From Aureliella sp. (GTDB taxonomy: Bacteria; Planctomycetota; Planctomycetia; Pirellulales; Pirellulaceae), in contig OY829846.1 in the NCBI GenBank assembly GCA_963691875.1, forward strand, positions 3,680,001-3,744,000: 64,000 bases of DNA. The letters are read 5' to 3'. How positions within the stretch are numbered: the first letter of the stretch is position 1; each line of letters opens with the position of its first letter. The notes under the pieces are model-generated. The model saw nothing but the letters and a program-made list of their open reading frames with translations. It ran no database searches and was not told the DNA's origin. The translations under genes and the position numbers were made by a program. Positions 1 to 10,429 of this stretch are shown piece by piece.

Positions 1-1
1 G

Positions 2-889
2 CTGTACCGCACCGAATACCTGTATCTAACGCACTCAAGTGTTCCATGCGAGGAAGAACAGCTAGAAATTTATCGTGATGTCATCACGAATAGCCCTGAC
101 GGACGCGTGACCATTCGCACGCTAGATATCGGAGGCGACAAGACCGTGCCCTTCTTGGGTCGCGGCCAGCGTGAAGCCAATCCTTTCATGGGCTGGCGCA
201 GTATTCGACTATCCTTTGAGCACCCGCAATTCTTCTTGACTCAGATTCGCGCCATCATGCGTTGCGCTGCGAGCGGATCAAGAGAAGAACTATGCGATGT
301 CAAGATGATGTTCCCGATGGTCACCAACGTAGAAGAGCTTCGTCGGCTACGGACTTTTGTTCGCAAAGCAGAACAACAATTGAAGCAGGAAGAAAAGCCT
401 TACGGGAAAGTTGCTTTTGGGATGATGCTGGAAGTGCCTGCTGCAGCCATCATGATGGACCGCTTGCTTCCTCTGGTCGACTTTGTCAGCATTGGCTCGA
501 ACGACCTGGTCCAGTACTTGATGGCCGCAGATCGCGACAACCCAAAGGTCAGTCATCTGTGCCAGCCACTTTCTCCAGCGGTGATTCGCATCCTAGAATC
601 CGTGGTTGAAACATGCAACCGCGAAGGTAAACCCGTGACACTCTGCGGCGAGATGGCGGGTCAGCCTCAAGCTTTTGTTCTGCTGCTTGGGATGGGGCTG
701 CGGCGGTTTAGCATGAGCCCAGCTTTTGTTCCTACCATCAAGGAACTCGCCGCGCAAGTTTCACTCAGCAAATGTAGGGAGCTGCTTGGGCTCGCTAAAA
801 AGCAGAATACCACCCGGCGAATTCATAGCTTGCTGACCAAGGAACTTAGCCAACTTGCTCCGCAGCTCCGGCCAGTTCTGATGCAGTAG
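2..889 (+). CDS. ptsI: Phosphoenolpyruvate-protein phosphotransferase (PTS enzyme I / PtsP), C-terminal part, 5'-truncated by the window edge
   Basis: Frame is open from nt 2 (LYRTEYLYL...) into ORF 107..889. Motifs RTLDIGGDK, EANPFMGWRSIR, MLEVPAA, SIGSNDLVQY, CGEMAG. ptsI and ptsP cannot be distinguished without the N-terminus. Confidence 0.9.
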   Translation: MYRTEYLYLTHSSVPCEEEQLEIYRDVITNSPDGRVTIRTLDIGGDKTVPFLGRGQREANPFMGWRSIRLSFEHPQFFLTQIRAIMRCAASGSREELCDVKMMFPMVTNVEELRRLRTFVRKAEQQLKQEEKPYGKVAFGMMLEVPAAAIMMDRLLPLVDFVSIGSNDLVQYLMAADRDNPKVSHLCQPLSPAVIRILESVVETCNREGKPVTLCGEMAGQPQAFVLLLGMGLRRFSMSPAFVPTIKELAAQVSLSKCRELLGLAKKQNTTRRIHSLLTKELSQLAPQLRPVLMQ

Positions 890-935
890 GGAAAAGCCGG
901 GGCCACCCTGGTAGCCCAAGCGGTTGCGACCGTCG

Positions 936-2048
936 CTAGTAGTCCACTGTGAACAAGATTGGCTTGTGATCAGACCCGGGCGACGAAGATAGAACTTCGC
1001 GGGAGATGATTTGGCACTTGTCATTGTGCAAAACGTGGTCAATCGGGATTCCCAATGGGCCTAGGCTAGCAGGCCATGAGGCCATATTTCCGAGCCCCAC
1101 ACGTGTATCCCGCAATCCTGCATCGAGTAGTTCTTGGAACCCTGGAGCCCAAGGCGTGATATTGAGATCTCCGCACAAACAAACCGCATCGGAGTTCGTT
1201 GAAGTCCAGCTGGCTACAGACTTCAGTTGCAGATCTCGGCCGCGTGAGCGATAAGTAGGAATGGGTGAAAGAGTGTGCATTCCAACCAACTGAAGCGGTG
1301 CATCCCCATGCTTGGTCCCCGGCAGCGTAGCAACAATTGCTGGTTGCCGTGGCTGGCCAAAGTCCTCGAAACGTAGCTGGGTATCTTCAAGTTTGCTCAG
1401 CACTGCGATACCTTCTCCGCCCCAACTGTACTTCTCAAGCTGAATTGGATAGAGATAGCGAAGCTCTTCGAACATCCCTTTGAGACTTGGGCTTACCTCG
1501 TAGAGCACCACTACATCTGCAGCCTGATTCTGAAGCAGTGATTTGATTTCGTCCAACTGCTGATTGGCAGACAGAATATTCCAGCTGAGAACTTGGAGTT
1601 GTGTTTTGCCTTGTGCAGATGGACTTGCAGCAGGCATCAACGTCCAGGGCTGAACAGATAACAGCAATATCCCACAGCTTGCAACCATCACGGCACTCAT
1701 GATGAACCGTCGGAAGAACAACAGCCCGGGCAACAGCAGCAAGACAAACCCAATAACATGTAACGAGAAGTGACTGGCTAGTTCTAGCACAGGGCTTAGC
1801 CGACCGAGCAAGTGACAGGCCACTTGGATGCTAACAGCGATACCAAGCCAGAAACAAACAGCGCTACAAAAGACGCGGATCTTCGTCTTTCTTCCATCGA
1901 CACGATGCTTGAGAGGATGCTTACTTTGGGATCGTTGCAGATCAGCCGCTTTGCTTGTTCTCGAATGAGCTCTAGACGGCGCCGTGCCCGAAAGGATCTT
2001 AGACGCTTCCTGAGTCTTTGATGAAATTGATTCTAATGCCATTTTCAA
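936..2048 (-). CDS. Endonuclease/exonuclease/phosphatase (EEP) family membrane protein
   Basis: N-terminal TM segments, then LSWNIL, DVVVLYE, CGDLNITPW, IPIDHVL, GSDH. Start codon uncertain. Confidence 0.85.
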   Translation of the reverse strand: MKMALESISSKTQEASKILSGTAPSRAHSRTSKAADLQRSQSKHPLKHRVDGRKTKIRVFCSAVCFWLGIAVSIQVACHLLGRLSPVLELASHFSLHVIGFVLLLLPGLLFFRRFIMSAVMVASCGILLLSVQPWTLMPAASPSAQGKTQLQVLSWNILSANQQLDEIKSLLQNQAADVVVLYEVSPSLKGMFEELRYLYPIQLEKYSWGGEGIAVLSKLEDTQLRFEDFGQPRQPAIVATLPGTKHGDAPLQLVGMHTLSPIPTYRSRGRDLQLKSVASWTSTNSDAVCLCGDLNITPWAPGFQELLDAGLRDTRVGLGNMASWPASLGPLGIPIDHVLHNDKCQIISREVLSSSPGSDHKPILFTVDY

Positions 2049-2309
2049 AGAAGAGCTCCCGTTCGCAGCAGCCGGTTGCTTTTGCGAAGAGGAGATGGGA
2101 AATGCGTCAAATTGTGGAAGTGCCTGTATTCAGGCCAAAATCCAGCAGATAGACTAACCAAACTTCTCAACACTCCTTTTGCCAACACTTACCTCTCCAT
2201 TCTGTTTACTTGTTGCGAAAAACCAAGTTTCTATGAGGCCAACGCATATGGAATGGCCATAAACGGTAGCCACAAGTCCCACCATCACCCACGAAATAGG
2301 GAGTTTCTA

Positions 2310-2990
2310 ATGTTCAAAACCCTCCTAATTATCCTCATCGCTGCAACCCTTTGCAATTTCGGGCATGCCCAAAGCAGCTTCACGGAAATTTTTAACGGGA
2401 AGGATTTATCGGGCTGGAAAGGAAACCCAAAACTTTGGTCCGTGGAGGATGGCGCAATCACGGGCACAACGACCACAGACAATCCCCTCAAGTTCAATAC
2501 CTTTCTGATTTGGGAAGGAGAAGTGGCTGACTTCGTCTTGGAGCTAGATTACCGCATCGGTGAACAAGGCAACTCCGGTATCCAATACCGCAGCACCGTC
2601 AAGGATGCGGATAAGTTCATCGTAGGTGGCTATCAGGCTGACATCGATGCAACGATGAAGTTCGCTGGAATCAACTACGAGGAGAGGGGCCGAGGAATCT
2701 TGGCTCAGCGCGGACAACGTGTCACGATCGACGGCAAGGGCAAGAAGAAGCCTGAGAAGTTTGCCGACGCAACCGAACTTGGAAGCAAGATCAAGAAAGC
2801 AGATTGGAATCGCTACAAAGTAATTGCCCGAGGCAATAAGGTGAGTCACTACATCAATGATGAGCTGATGTCAGAAGTTATCGACTCCCAGAAAGATAAA
2901 GCGGCAATGAAAGGCATTCTTGCCTTCCAGATTCATACCGGGCCGCCAATGAAGATCCAATTCAAGAACGTGAAGCTCAAAAAGCTTTAG
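2310..2990 (+). CDS. DUF1080 (3-keto-disaccharide hydrolase-like) secreted protein
   Basis: Signal peptide, IFNGKDLSGWKG, GNSGIQYRS, GYQADID, WNRYKV, FQIH..FKNVKLK. ATG 2310 follows AGGGAG. Confidence 0.9.
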   Translation: MFKTLLIILIAATLCNFGHAQSSFTEIFNGKDLSGWKGNPKLWSVEDGAITGTTTTDNPLKFNTFLIWEGEVADFVLELDYRIGEQGNSGIQYRSTVKDADKFIVGGYQADIDATMKFAGINYEERGRGILAQRGQRVTIDGKGKKKPEKFADATELGSKIKKADWNRYKVIARGNKVSHYINDELMSEVIDSQKDKAAMKGILAFQIHTGPPMKIQFKNVKLKKL

Positions 2991-3038
2991 AACAATCACG
3001 TTAACCAGCATGCCAAGCTCGGTAAGCAACACAAACCC

Positions 3039-3074
3039 AAAAAAAAATGCCCTCAATCAATGCGGGGGTTTTTT
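3039..3074. terminator. Possible bidirectional intrinsic terminator between convergent genes
   Basis: A-run, imperfect GC stem, T-run (AAAAAAAAATGCCCTC...GGGGGTTTTTT). Confidence 0.4.
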
Positions 3075-3075
3075 G

Positions 3076-3303
3076 TTAACCTTTGCCATGTGGATGATGC
3101 GTTTTCCAATGCTTCATGGCAGGTTTGATGGTTCGCATCTCAACCCAATGACCATGAGTCTTGGCATCGCTGGAAAGCAGTGTGTCAGGATCTATCTCGC
3201 CTGACTCAATGCGAACCAGGATGTTTTGCTCAGAAATAGGACCGACACGCTTCCGCCTGCGGAAGAAGCCGCCCTTCTGAATGAAAAACCAGTCTGCTGA
3301 CAT
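3076..3303 (-). CDS. Small GYF_2/DUF4339-like domain protein
   Basis: WF...VGPIS...IESGEIDPDTLL...W pattern. RBS GGGGAG upstream. Confidence 0.7.
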   Translation of the reverse strand: MSADWFFIQKGGFFRRRKRVGPISEQNILVRIESGEIDPDTLLSSDAKTHGHWVEMRTIKPAMKHWKTHHPHGKG

Positions 3304-3652
3304 TCGGTTCTCCCCTTCGTAAGGTGGGACTGGGAGGAGTACAACCGTGTACCTGTGGGTTCAGCTGCCCAAGGCAGTATGTAGACGTTGTCGACACCGA
3401 TCTATGACCGTCCAACCACCTAGAGCACTGAAATTGATTCGGTGAGTTTGCTCTCTTAATACTGCTTTCAGTATCTAGAATCAATGGAAAAACTTTACCA
3501 AATCTTAAATTACTGCCGCTGGGTGGTCCCAAACACAAGCAAAATAGTCCTGTAGGGTGTGAAGCAGGTGCAAATTCCCTAACTAATCAACACGTCCTTC
3601 CTCACTTGCAAAGCCTTCCTCAGTTTTAGGAGCAGCCCAGTTTCGCAAGTCG

Positions 3653-4609
3653 CTAGTCGTTGTCGCCCATCAACATACCGCCTAGCCCGCCAAGATTGTC
3701 GAGGACCGAGCTCTCGCCCTTTCCTGAATCTGCACCGGTAGAAAACCGTCTGGCTAAACGTGCAAAGGGCAAACTTTGCAGCCATATTGGGCCTGGCCCG
3801 GTCAACGTCGCGAATACAAATCCCTCTCCGCCGAACAACCCACTCTTGATGCTGCCATTGAACTGAATGTCATAGTTGACCGATGGCCCTAGCGCGACAA
3901 TACAACCAGTATCGACTCGCAAGGTCTCACCTGGCGCCAGTTCCCGGTGCATCATCGTGCCACAAGCATGGATCAGCGCGATCCCGTCACCAACTAGTTT
4001 CTGCATAATGAAGCCTTCTCCACCCAGCAATCCAGCACCGATTTTTTTCTGAAACGCGATCGAGATCTCAATCCCCTTGGCTCCAGCAAGAAATGAATCA
4101 CGCTGTGCGATAATTTCACCGCCAAGCTGATCCAAATGCAAAGCTTCGATTCGCCCCGGATAAGGTGCACCAAAGGCAACCGTCTCGCGCGCATGTGCGA
4201 TATTGGAGAACACAGTCATAAACAGCGACTCGCCAGTAAGCACTCGCTTACCAGCAGACATCATCTTGCCCCAAAAACTGTCCCCCTTCTTGCTTGGATC
4301 GCCAAAGACCGTTTCCATCTGGATACCGGCTGACATGTACATCATCGCACCCGCTTCAGCTATGACCGCCTCGCCCGGATCCAGGACGATCTCAGCGTAC
4401 TGCATGTCATCACCGAAGATCTGATAATCGATCTCGTCTGCGATGCGTGTGCCGGAGCCAAGTTCCATCACAGTTGGTTCAACTTCGCCAGCTGACTGCG
4501 CCTTGAAGACATCTCCGCACTTCTGGCACCTCACTTGCTTGCCCATATTTTCGGGAGCAATTCGATACTGCATTTGGCAATAAGGACAAGCAATTGTTTC
4601 CATTTTCAT
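3653..4609 (-). CDS. TIGR00266/AIM24 family protein with N-terminal zinc-ribbon domain
   Basis: CPYC...VRCQKC, then IFGDDMQYAEIVLDPGEAVIAEAGAMMYM, GGEGFIMQKL, GPGPIWLQSLP. Confidence 0.9.
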   Translation of the reverse strand: MKMETIACPYCQMQYRIAPENMGKQVRCQKCGDVFKAQSAGEVEPTVMELGSGTRIADEIDYQIFGDDMQYAEIVLDPGEAVIAEAGAMMYMSAGIQMETVFGDPSKKGDSFWGKMMSAGKRVLTGESLFMTVFSNIAHARETVAFGAPYPGRIEALHLDQLGGEIIAQRDSFLAGAKGIEISIAFQKKIGAGLLGGEGFIMQKLVGDGIALIHACGTMMHRELAPGETLRVDTGCIVALGPSVNYDIQFNGSIKSGLFGGEGFVFATLTGPGPIWLQSLPFARLARRFSTGADSGKGESSVLDNLGGLGGMLMGDND

Positions 4610-4677
4610 ACTTTCAGTTCGAGGATATCAGCCGGTGAACCTGTCTTATGCTGAGAGTCCGTAGTTTGCGGACCGAA

Positions 4678-6114
4678 TCAATCGAATCTCTCGATCACCC
4701 GCTTGGTTTCCCAGCGACCACTAAGATAGCGGCTGCCAAAGACGATTCCCATAGCGGTAACCCAGCCAGCCACAACATACCACCAGAGCAACAGACTGGG
4801 GCCTAGATATTCCTGGCACATAATTCCCGCTATCACGGCGCCAGCAGACACTAGAATGGTTGCTAGCAGCACATACCAGGTGTCTCCAGCGCCCTTAATT
4901 GCACCCACGAAAACTACCTGCAAACCGTCCAAAATACAGTAAACAGCAATGATTCGCAGCAAAGGAATCAACATAGGTCGAATCTGCTCAAATCTTTGGG
5001 TAGAGGTGCCCCAGGAGTAAACCGAAATCACTTGTTCCGGTGCAATACCCAGATACAAAGCAAATGCCGATGTATAGAGTAGTGTCACAACGAGAGCGGA
5101 GCGAACTGTACGTTTAGCGAGGTCCAATCGACCTTCCGTGACTCTTTGACCTACCAAGACCCCCAAGCCGATGCCAAGTCCGATCATCGGTACAAATGCG
5201 AGAACGTTCAGCCCCAAGGCGAGAGTCGTTGCAGCCATCTCAAGCTCGCCGAGATTCCCGACTTGAAGCATAATCACTGAAAAGCATCCCGCCTCAGCCA
5301 ACAACTGCAAGCCTGCGGGCCCACCATAAATGAACAACCGACGCAGCGTACTCGGTTCCCATGCATGCCATGTGCCTAGTTCATACTGTTTCCAGAGACC
5401 CATATCGCGCCGTAGCAACCACATGGCAATTGGGATTTTCAACCAAAAGGAAGCAGCTGTTGCGATCGCGGCACCACTCAATCCCATCTCAGGAATCGAG
5501 CCACATCCGAAGATGAGAAGAAAGTCGAGCACCAGATTAAGAACTGTGCCTGCCGCATCGATGGCCAACACCGTTGCAGTGCGTTCCTGCCCCGTCAGCA
5601 GACCACTCTGCACACTGTAAAACAAGACACCAATCCCGCCGAACAATAGGATGCGCAGATACTGAGCCTCTAGCTCAACTAGCGTCTCGCTATGATCAGA
5701 CCACCGAAAAATGTCGTCCGCGATCCAAATTGCAAAGAGCATCACTGGCACGAAGATCCAGGCCAGCATGATTGCATGTTGGTAAGCCGCGCCGACGCGT
5801 GATTCCTGACCAGCACCTCGGTATTGCGAAACGAAGGTACTGATATAACCGAGCATCCCCATCGGGAAGCAGATAATCGACCAGTACAAAGCACCGCCGC
5901 CCATCGCGGCGGCGACGGATGTCTCGGAGTGCCAAAACAGCAGGGTGCGATCAGTGAAGAGCGTGATCGATACAAATCCTGCCGAGAGCATAAGCGGCAA
6001 CGCCAGAGCCAATAGACCTCCTGGGCCTCCGGGCGCGTTCCACCACTGGAGAAAGCGAGGAGTTAGCTGTTCTGCGTTAATGTCCTGAGCCTTGCGCGTG
6101 AGAATTCTGGCCAT
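4678..6114 (-). CDS. MATE family efflux transporter
   Basis: About 12 TM segments, ALALPLML, LIFG..IPEMGLSGAAIATA, GAIKGAGDT. Start taken at ATG 6114. Confidence 0.9.
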   Translation of the reverse strand: MARILTRKAQDINAEQLTPRFLQWWNAPGGPGGLLALALPLMLSAGFVSITLFTDRTLLFWHSETSVAAAMGGGALYWSIICFPMGMLGYISTFVSQYRGAGQESRVGAAYQHAIMLAWIFVPVMLFAIWIADDIFRWSDHSETLVELEAQYLRILLFGGIGVLFYSVQSGLLTGQERTATVLAIDAAGTVLNLVLDFLLIFGCGSIPEMGLSGAAIATAASFWLKIPIAMWLLRRDMGLWKQYELGTWHAWEPSTLRRLFIYGGPAGLQLLAEAGCFSVIMLQVGNLGELEMAATTLALGLNVLAFVPMIGLGIGLGVLVGQRVTEGRLDLAKRTVRSALVVTLLYTSAFALYLGIAPEQVISVYSWGTSTQRFEQIRPMLIPLLRIIAVYCILDGLQVVFVGAIKGAGDTWYVLLATILVSAGAVIAGIMCQEYLGPSLLLWWYVVAGWVTAMGIVFGSRYLSGRWETKRVIERFD

Positions 6115-6759
6115 CGCTGGCTTTCTATCGGAATACACACTGATCCAGATAGGAGATGTTGGCGGCAGACTATGTTCACTGCTCCGCGCGACTTGGTCCA
6201 GCCCAACAGTTCCCCCTCGAATACCTACGAGCGAACTTTTCCAAACCACGATTTTGAGCAGCTGGCTGTGATGCTTGTGCTGACGTCAACAGAACTTCTT
6301 TGCAAAACCCTAAGCCACCTGAAACACCCTCTAGGGGTATCTTATTTGACTTTCAGCCGTTCCTGGAGAGTGATTCATTAGGTGTTCGAAGGGCGACACG
6401 CTTCGGCGATCACCAATCGCCCAACTCTCGAAAACTCGCGTCCTCGCTCGCGAGGCGCAGGTGACAAGTGTGGCCATGACCGCAACCGGTTGTGAATTAG
6501 GTGCTTAGGCTGTGAGCTCCACAGGAACTCGATAGCGAGTTCGTGGGCAGGTGACTTGGCCGAGATCTGTCTCGAGCCGTAGTCGACTTCTCCGATCGCT
6601 CAACCGATCAGCGCGGAGTGCAGGACGCGATGAACGGAAACTGGACGCCCGGCAACATCGCCGGTGCTACATCTTGCTCAATACTGGCTCGGGAGGTAGC
6701 TCGATATCCATCATTCCATCCAGCGATTTTCGTAACGATGAAAAACGTCACCAGTTGAA

Positions 6760-7383
6760 AGTACCATCGGTTGCGGAGCTCTATCCAAGCGGCGTCCCGC
6801 AGCAACTTGATTATCTCAATATCGCTGCTTCGGAGTTGCTCGCGCGAAGCGCGGCACTGTTTCCTGATCACATCGTGGCTGAATTCTTACAACGCGAGTT
6901 CTCCTACCAATAGATAGATCGAGCTGCAGTGAAACTGGCTGCTTGGCTGCACGCTCGTGACTTGCACTCCTATAGGATGCCTGCAATGCTGGCAGCGCTG
7001 AACCAACGAGTGAGAGTTCACCGCGGCTGTAATCCCTTCGACTTGAGTTCCCTTAAGTGGGTCATCTCGGGAGTTGCAGCTTTGCCAGCTGGAGTTAGCT
7101 CTGAGTTTGCCCATCACAGCGGTGCACAAGTCGTCGAAGGTTACGGGCTACCAGAGGCGTCGCCCGTAACACATGTCGGTCCGCTGGAGAGGTCGGCGAG
7201 CTTTTGATTCGCGCCCTGCAGTTCATGCTTGGCTACTGGAAAAACGAGCAAACGACGGCGCAGATCATGCAAAATGGCTGGTTTAGAACCGGTGACTCAG
7301 CGCAATGCAACAGTCGAGGCTTCCATCAGATCTTAGATCGCAAAAAGGATCTCATCATCACTTCCATCTTTCATGTTTATCCG
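6760..7383 (+). pseudogene. fadD: Degraded long-chain-fatty-acid-CoA ligase (FadD-like)
   Basis: Fragments YPSGVPQQLDY, in-frame TAG 6911-6913, DLSSLKWVISG, VVEGYGLPEASPVTH, then after a frameshift MLGYWKN...GWFRTGD...DRKKDLII...HVYP. Large internal deletions. Confidence 0.85.
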
Positions 7384-8498
7384 ACCAAGAAACTGAGCAG
7401 TTTCAGATTAAGCAATATGGTCTTCACGCGCTGAAAAACGCTCACAACCAAGGTTTAGTCTTCCGCGATTTTGTGGTTCTGCAGAGAACTTACTTGAGCC
7501 AGCGATGGGAGATGGCCTTACCACTGCCTATCACGAACTCAACCTCGGACGCGTTTCACTGTGCGCCAACGCAGCAGGCACGATGCGCATGATGCTGGCC
7601 AACATTTTCCCTTGGGCAGGCTACCGTAAGACTTACGGGGAATCCATTGTGCGTCGAGAGCTCGCCGGACATATTGTTGCTTGTGATACTTTCACTGAAT
7701 AGTGCACGAATTTGCTTGATATGGGGTAATCGCGGTGAGATGGGGTGCATCATCGCCAAAATCTTCGTTAGCGAAGTGCAAAAATACGCGGCCATCGAGT
7801 TGATGATGAAGACACATGTTGGACGTTCGTTCTTACATGGTCTTCTATTCGAGGAAAACGTGCACGAGTTCCTAGCACCTTGCGTTTACCGAGGGGAAGG
7901 AGAAATGCTCGGCATGGCGTTCTTCAAATCGCTCGTGAAGGCGCATGGTAAAGAATACTTTGAACCGATAGGACGAATACTATTTGCAGCTGGCATCAAG
8001 CAGCCAAATCCATTCAATCCTCTAACTGCATGGATGTTGTAAGGTCCGATGTTGCAGTATGTCAAATGGATGGCGGGCATGTGAATAATGAGACAGCAGA
8101 GTCCCCGATTCGCCGATTTGCTCCACGAACTGAAAAAGCATGCTACGTTTGCATGCGATTTTCTGTCGACTCAGTGTTTCTAAATTTCGGGCACGATGCG
8201 AACTCACCAGCGCAAGCTGGCCGATCGTCAATGCTCGATGAGCTTCCTCGTGCAGCGAATCCAAGATGCCTTGGTCATGCTTTGCACCAGTCTTTACGCT
8301 GCTCGCAACGCTGACGAGACAACACAACTTGCGGGCGAAATAGCCAGTGACGATTTGTATCGTCGTTTGACAGGCAAACTCCCAGACAACCGTGACTTTC
8401 GACAAGTTACGCAGTTGGGTGCTTGGATTGCAGAAGAGGGATGGCAGGAAACCGATGGAGTAGAACCAGATCCCATCATGATGCGATATTCACCATGA
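7384..8498 (+). pseudogene. Degraded acyl-CoA dehydrogenase (C-terminal half)
   Basis: Fragments across frames: [77 protein letters not shown]. Several stops and frameshifts. Confidence 0.85.
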
Positions 8499-8512
8499 TT
8501 TTGAGGAGCGGT

Positions 8513-9463
8513 ATGCAACTGACGCGAGAACGTGGACAGCTTTCGGCTTCGGTGGCCTTGGGGGGAGGCGGCGCGCGAGGCGTTTCGCATATCGGTGCGT
8601 TACGAGCCATCTTGGAATCTGGCTTCCGCATCGACCGTATAGTGGGTACGAGCATTGGCAGCCTTGCAGGCTCAATCTACGCGACAAACCCAAATATCGC
8701 TGACTGTACCGCATCGACCATCGACTACTTGGAGTCAAAAGAGTTTCAGACCAAGCAAGCGTCGCTTTACGGAGCACATCCGACCAACAGCGGCTCGGGT
8801 CAGTCTGGAGTCCTGGCCTGGTACGATCGCATCAAGTCCTTTCTTTGGGCTCGTAGCTTGCTGACTCGTTTGTTCACCCGTCGTGCATTGTTGAAAGCGA
8901 ACTTCCTTCACCAGATCGTCGCGGCTCTCGTGCCAGACATTGACATCGCTGACTGCCCGGTACCAATGAGCATCATCACCGTGGATCTCAAGTCCGGTGA
9001 ACAGATTGTTCTCGAGCAAGGATCGCTTCGCAAGGCAATCGTCGCTTCGGCATCCATCCCTGGAGTCTTTCCTCCGGTAGAATGGGAGAACATGCTGCTC
9101 TGCGATTTTGGTGTGCTCGACTCGTTGCCAACTGCAGTTGCTAGCAGCTTCTACTCAGATGTGACAATCGGAGTCGATGTTGGCCCGACACTATCTCCGG
9201 TCGATGACTGCGAATCAGGCTTGCACGTTCTCTTGCGAATGGACGAGATCGGTGAGAGTCTGATTCGTTCTCGCTCGCTTGAGTTAGCCGACGTTTTGAT
9301 ACGTCCTGAAGTCGGGCAATTCCAGTGGTTTGACTTCTCGCAGCCACGCGAAATGATTGACTCTGGACTCAATGCTGGCCGTGACTCGATGGAATCTGCT
9401 GGCTATTTCGCCTGTGAATCCGTAGCCCGCGAATCCGAAATGTCGTTGGCGCAACAGGCTTAG
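8513..9463 (+). CDS. Patatin-like phospholipase
   Basis: ALGGGGARG, GTSIG, ASASIPGVFPP, DFG in place of DGG. GAGGAG RBS before ATG 8513. Confidence 0.9.
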   Translation: MQLTRERGQLSASVALGGGGARGVSHIGALRAILESGFRIDRIVGTSIGSLAGSIYATNPNIADCTASTIDYLESKEFQTKQASLYGAHPTNSGSGQSGVLAWYDRIKSFLWARSLLTRLFTRRALLKANFLHQIVAALVPDIDIADCPVPMSIITVDLKSGEQIVLEQGSLRKAIVASASIPGVFPPVEWENMLLCDFGVLDSLPTAVASSFYSDVTIGVDVGPTLSPVDDCESGLHVLLRMDEIGESLIRSRSLELADVLIRPEVGQFQWFDFSQPREMIDSGLNAGRDSMESAGYFACESVARESEMSLAQQA

Positions 9464-9740
9464 CAATCTGCGGTCGTTGTACCGGTGTTACATGCGTGAT
9501 GATGCAAACTGAAGCAGTCGATATCGACTCCGATCACGAAGCGCATAGGCCATTCTGCTCTTGAATTTTCGTATGAAAGAACTCGACACGCTATTGAGCG
9601 GGAGCCGTCCCACGCTCACTCTATGCACCCTTCAACGCCATGGCAGCGGAGAGCCTCGCTCCGCTTTAGAGAAGTCTTTACCACCTTTTATCGCCGTGAT
9701 TCTGTAGACCGCGAGTTCATTTCTCTTTTTGGCAGATACC

Positions 9741-10070
9741 TTAGCTCTGTTCAGCAGTTGGTCGAGGCGCACGGCTCTTGCCGACAAAATAACCGACGAC
9801 GAGCCCGACGATCATGGCGGGTATGCCGGTGCACAGGGAAGAAATGATAGCTAGAAACCAAGCCCATGAAGCTGCCTGGGCCTCAGTTACGGTTTGCTCG
9901 ACCGTGAAGTCCGCGGTGCCAAATTCATCTGCTCCTTCAGGTAACTCGATATCAATGCTCGGTGGACTGACGTCTTGTGCGAGGGCAGGTGCCGTGAGCT
10001 GAAAACAGAGGCTAAGGCAAAAGCAAACCAACAAACTCAACAACAGCAACTTCGACTTCTCGTTGGTCAT
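9741..10070 (-). CDS. Hypothetical membrane protein (signal peptide plus C-terminal TM)
   Basis: ORF with RBS and hydrophobic N- and C-terminal segments. Confidence 0.6.
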   Translation of the reverse strand: MTNEKSKLLLLSLLVCFCLSLCFQLTAPALAQDVSPPSIDIELPEGADEFGTADFTVEQTVTEAQAASWAWFLAIISSLCTGIPAMIVGLVVGYFVGKSRAPRPTAEQS

Positions 10071-10429
10071 TTCCTTCTCCTACCTTTCACATCCACTGAA
10101 TTGCTCCAATGCAAATCGGTGGAAGGTACTGCGTCCTTGGATTTCGATGCCTTTCCCTCGAGAGCAGTTTAAATCAGCTGAACTGTCTTGGGCATGGCAC
10201 CGATGAAAACACTGTGGCGAGTAAACTCACAACCCAGCGATGCATTCTAGGGTAAGTGGATAGCTCACAGCTACCTCGACTGCCCCGCGCAAGAAGGTCT
10301 CGCGCCTCCGTGCTATACTCCCTATCGAAACGATTCCTCGGCGAAAATTGGCTAAGTTGCTGAATTTTCTTGAATCTGAGGCCTTTTGACCCCAGCAAGC
10401 TTAACTTTCGAGCGGATTAGCGCTAGCCC

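Noticed and set aside
6380..6750. Thiolase or other fad-gene remnant upstream of the fadD relic
   Set aside because: Only vague fragments (VAMTATGCE, TPGN), too weak without an alignment.
9167..9534. 18-nt long-range complementarity between the patatin CDS (9167-9184) and its 3' region (9517-9534)
   Set aside because: It needs several G-U pairs, and the downstream arm is itself a local palindrome (AGTCGATATCGACT). Chance is plausible.
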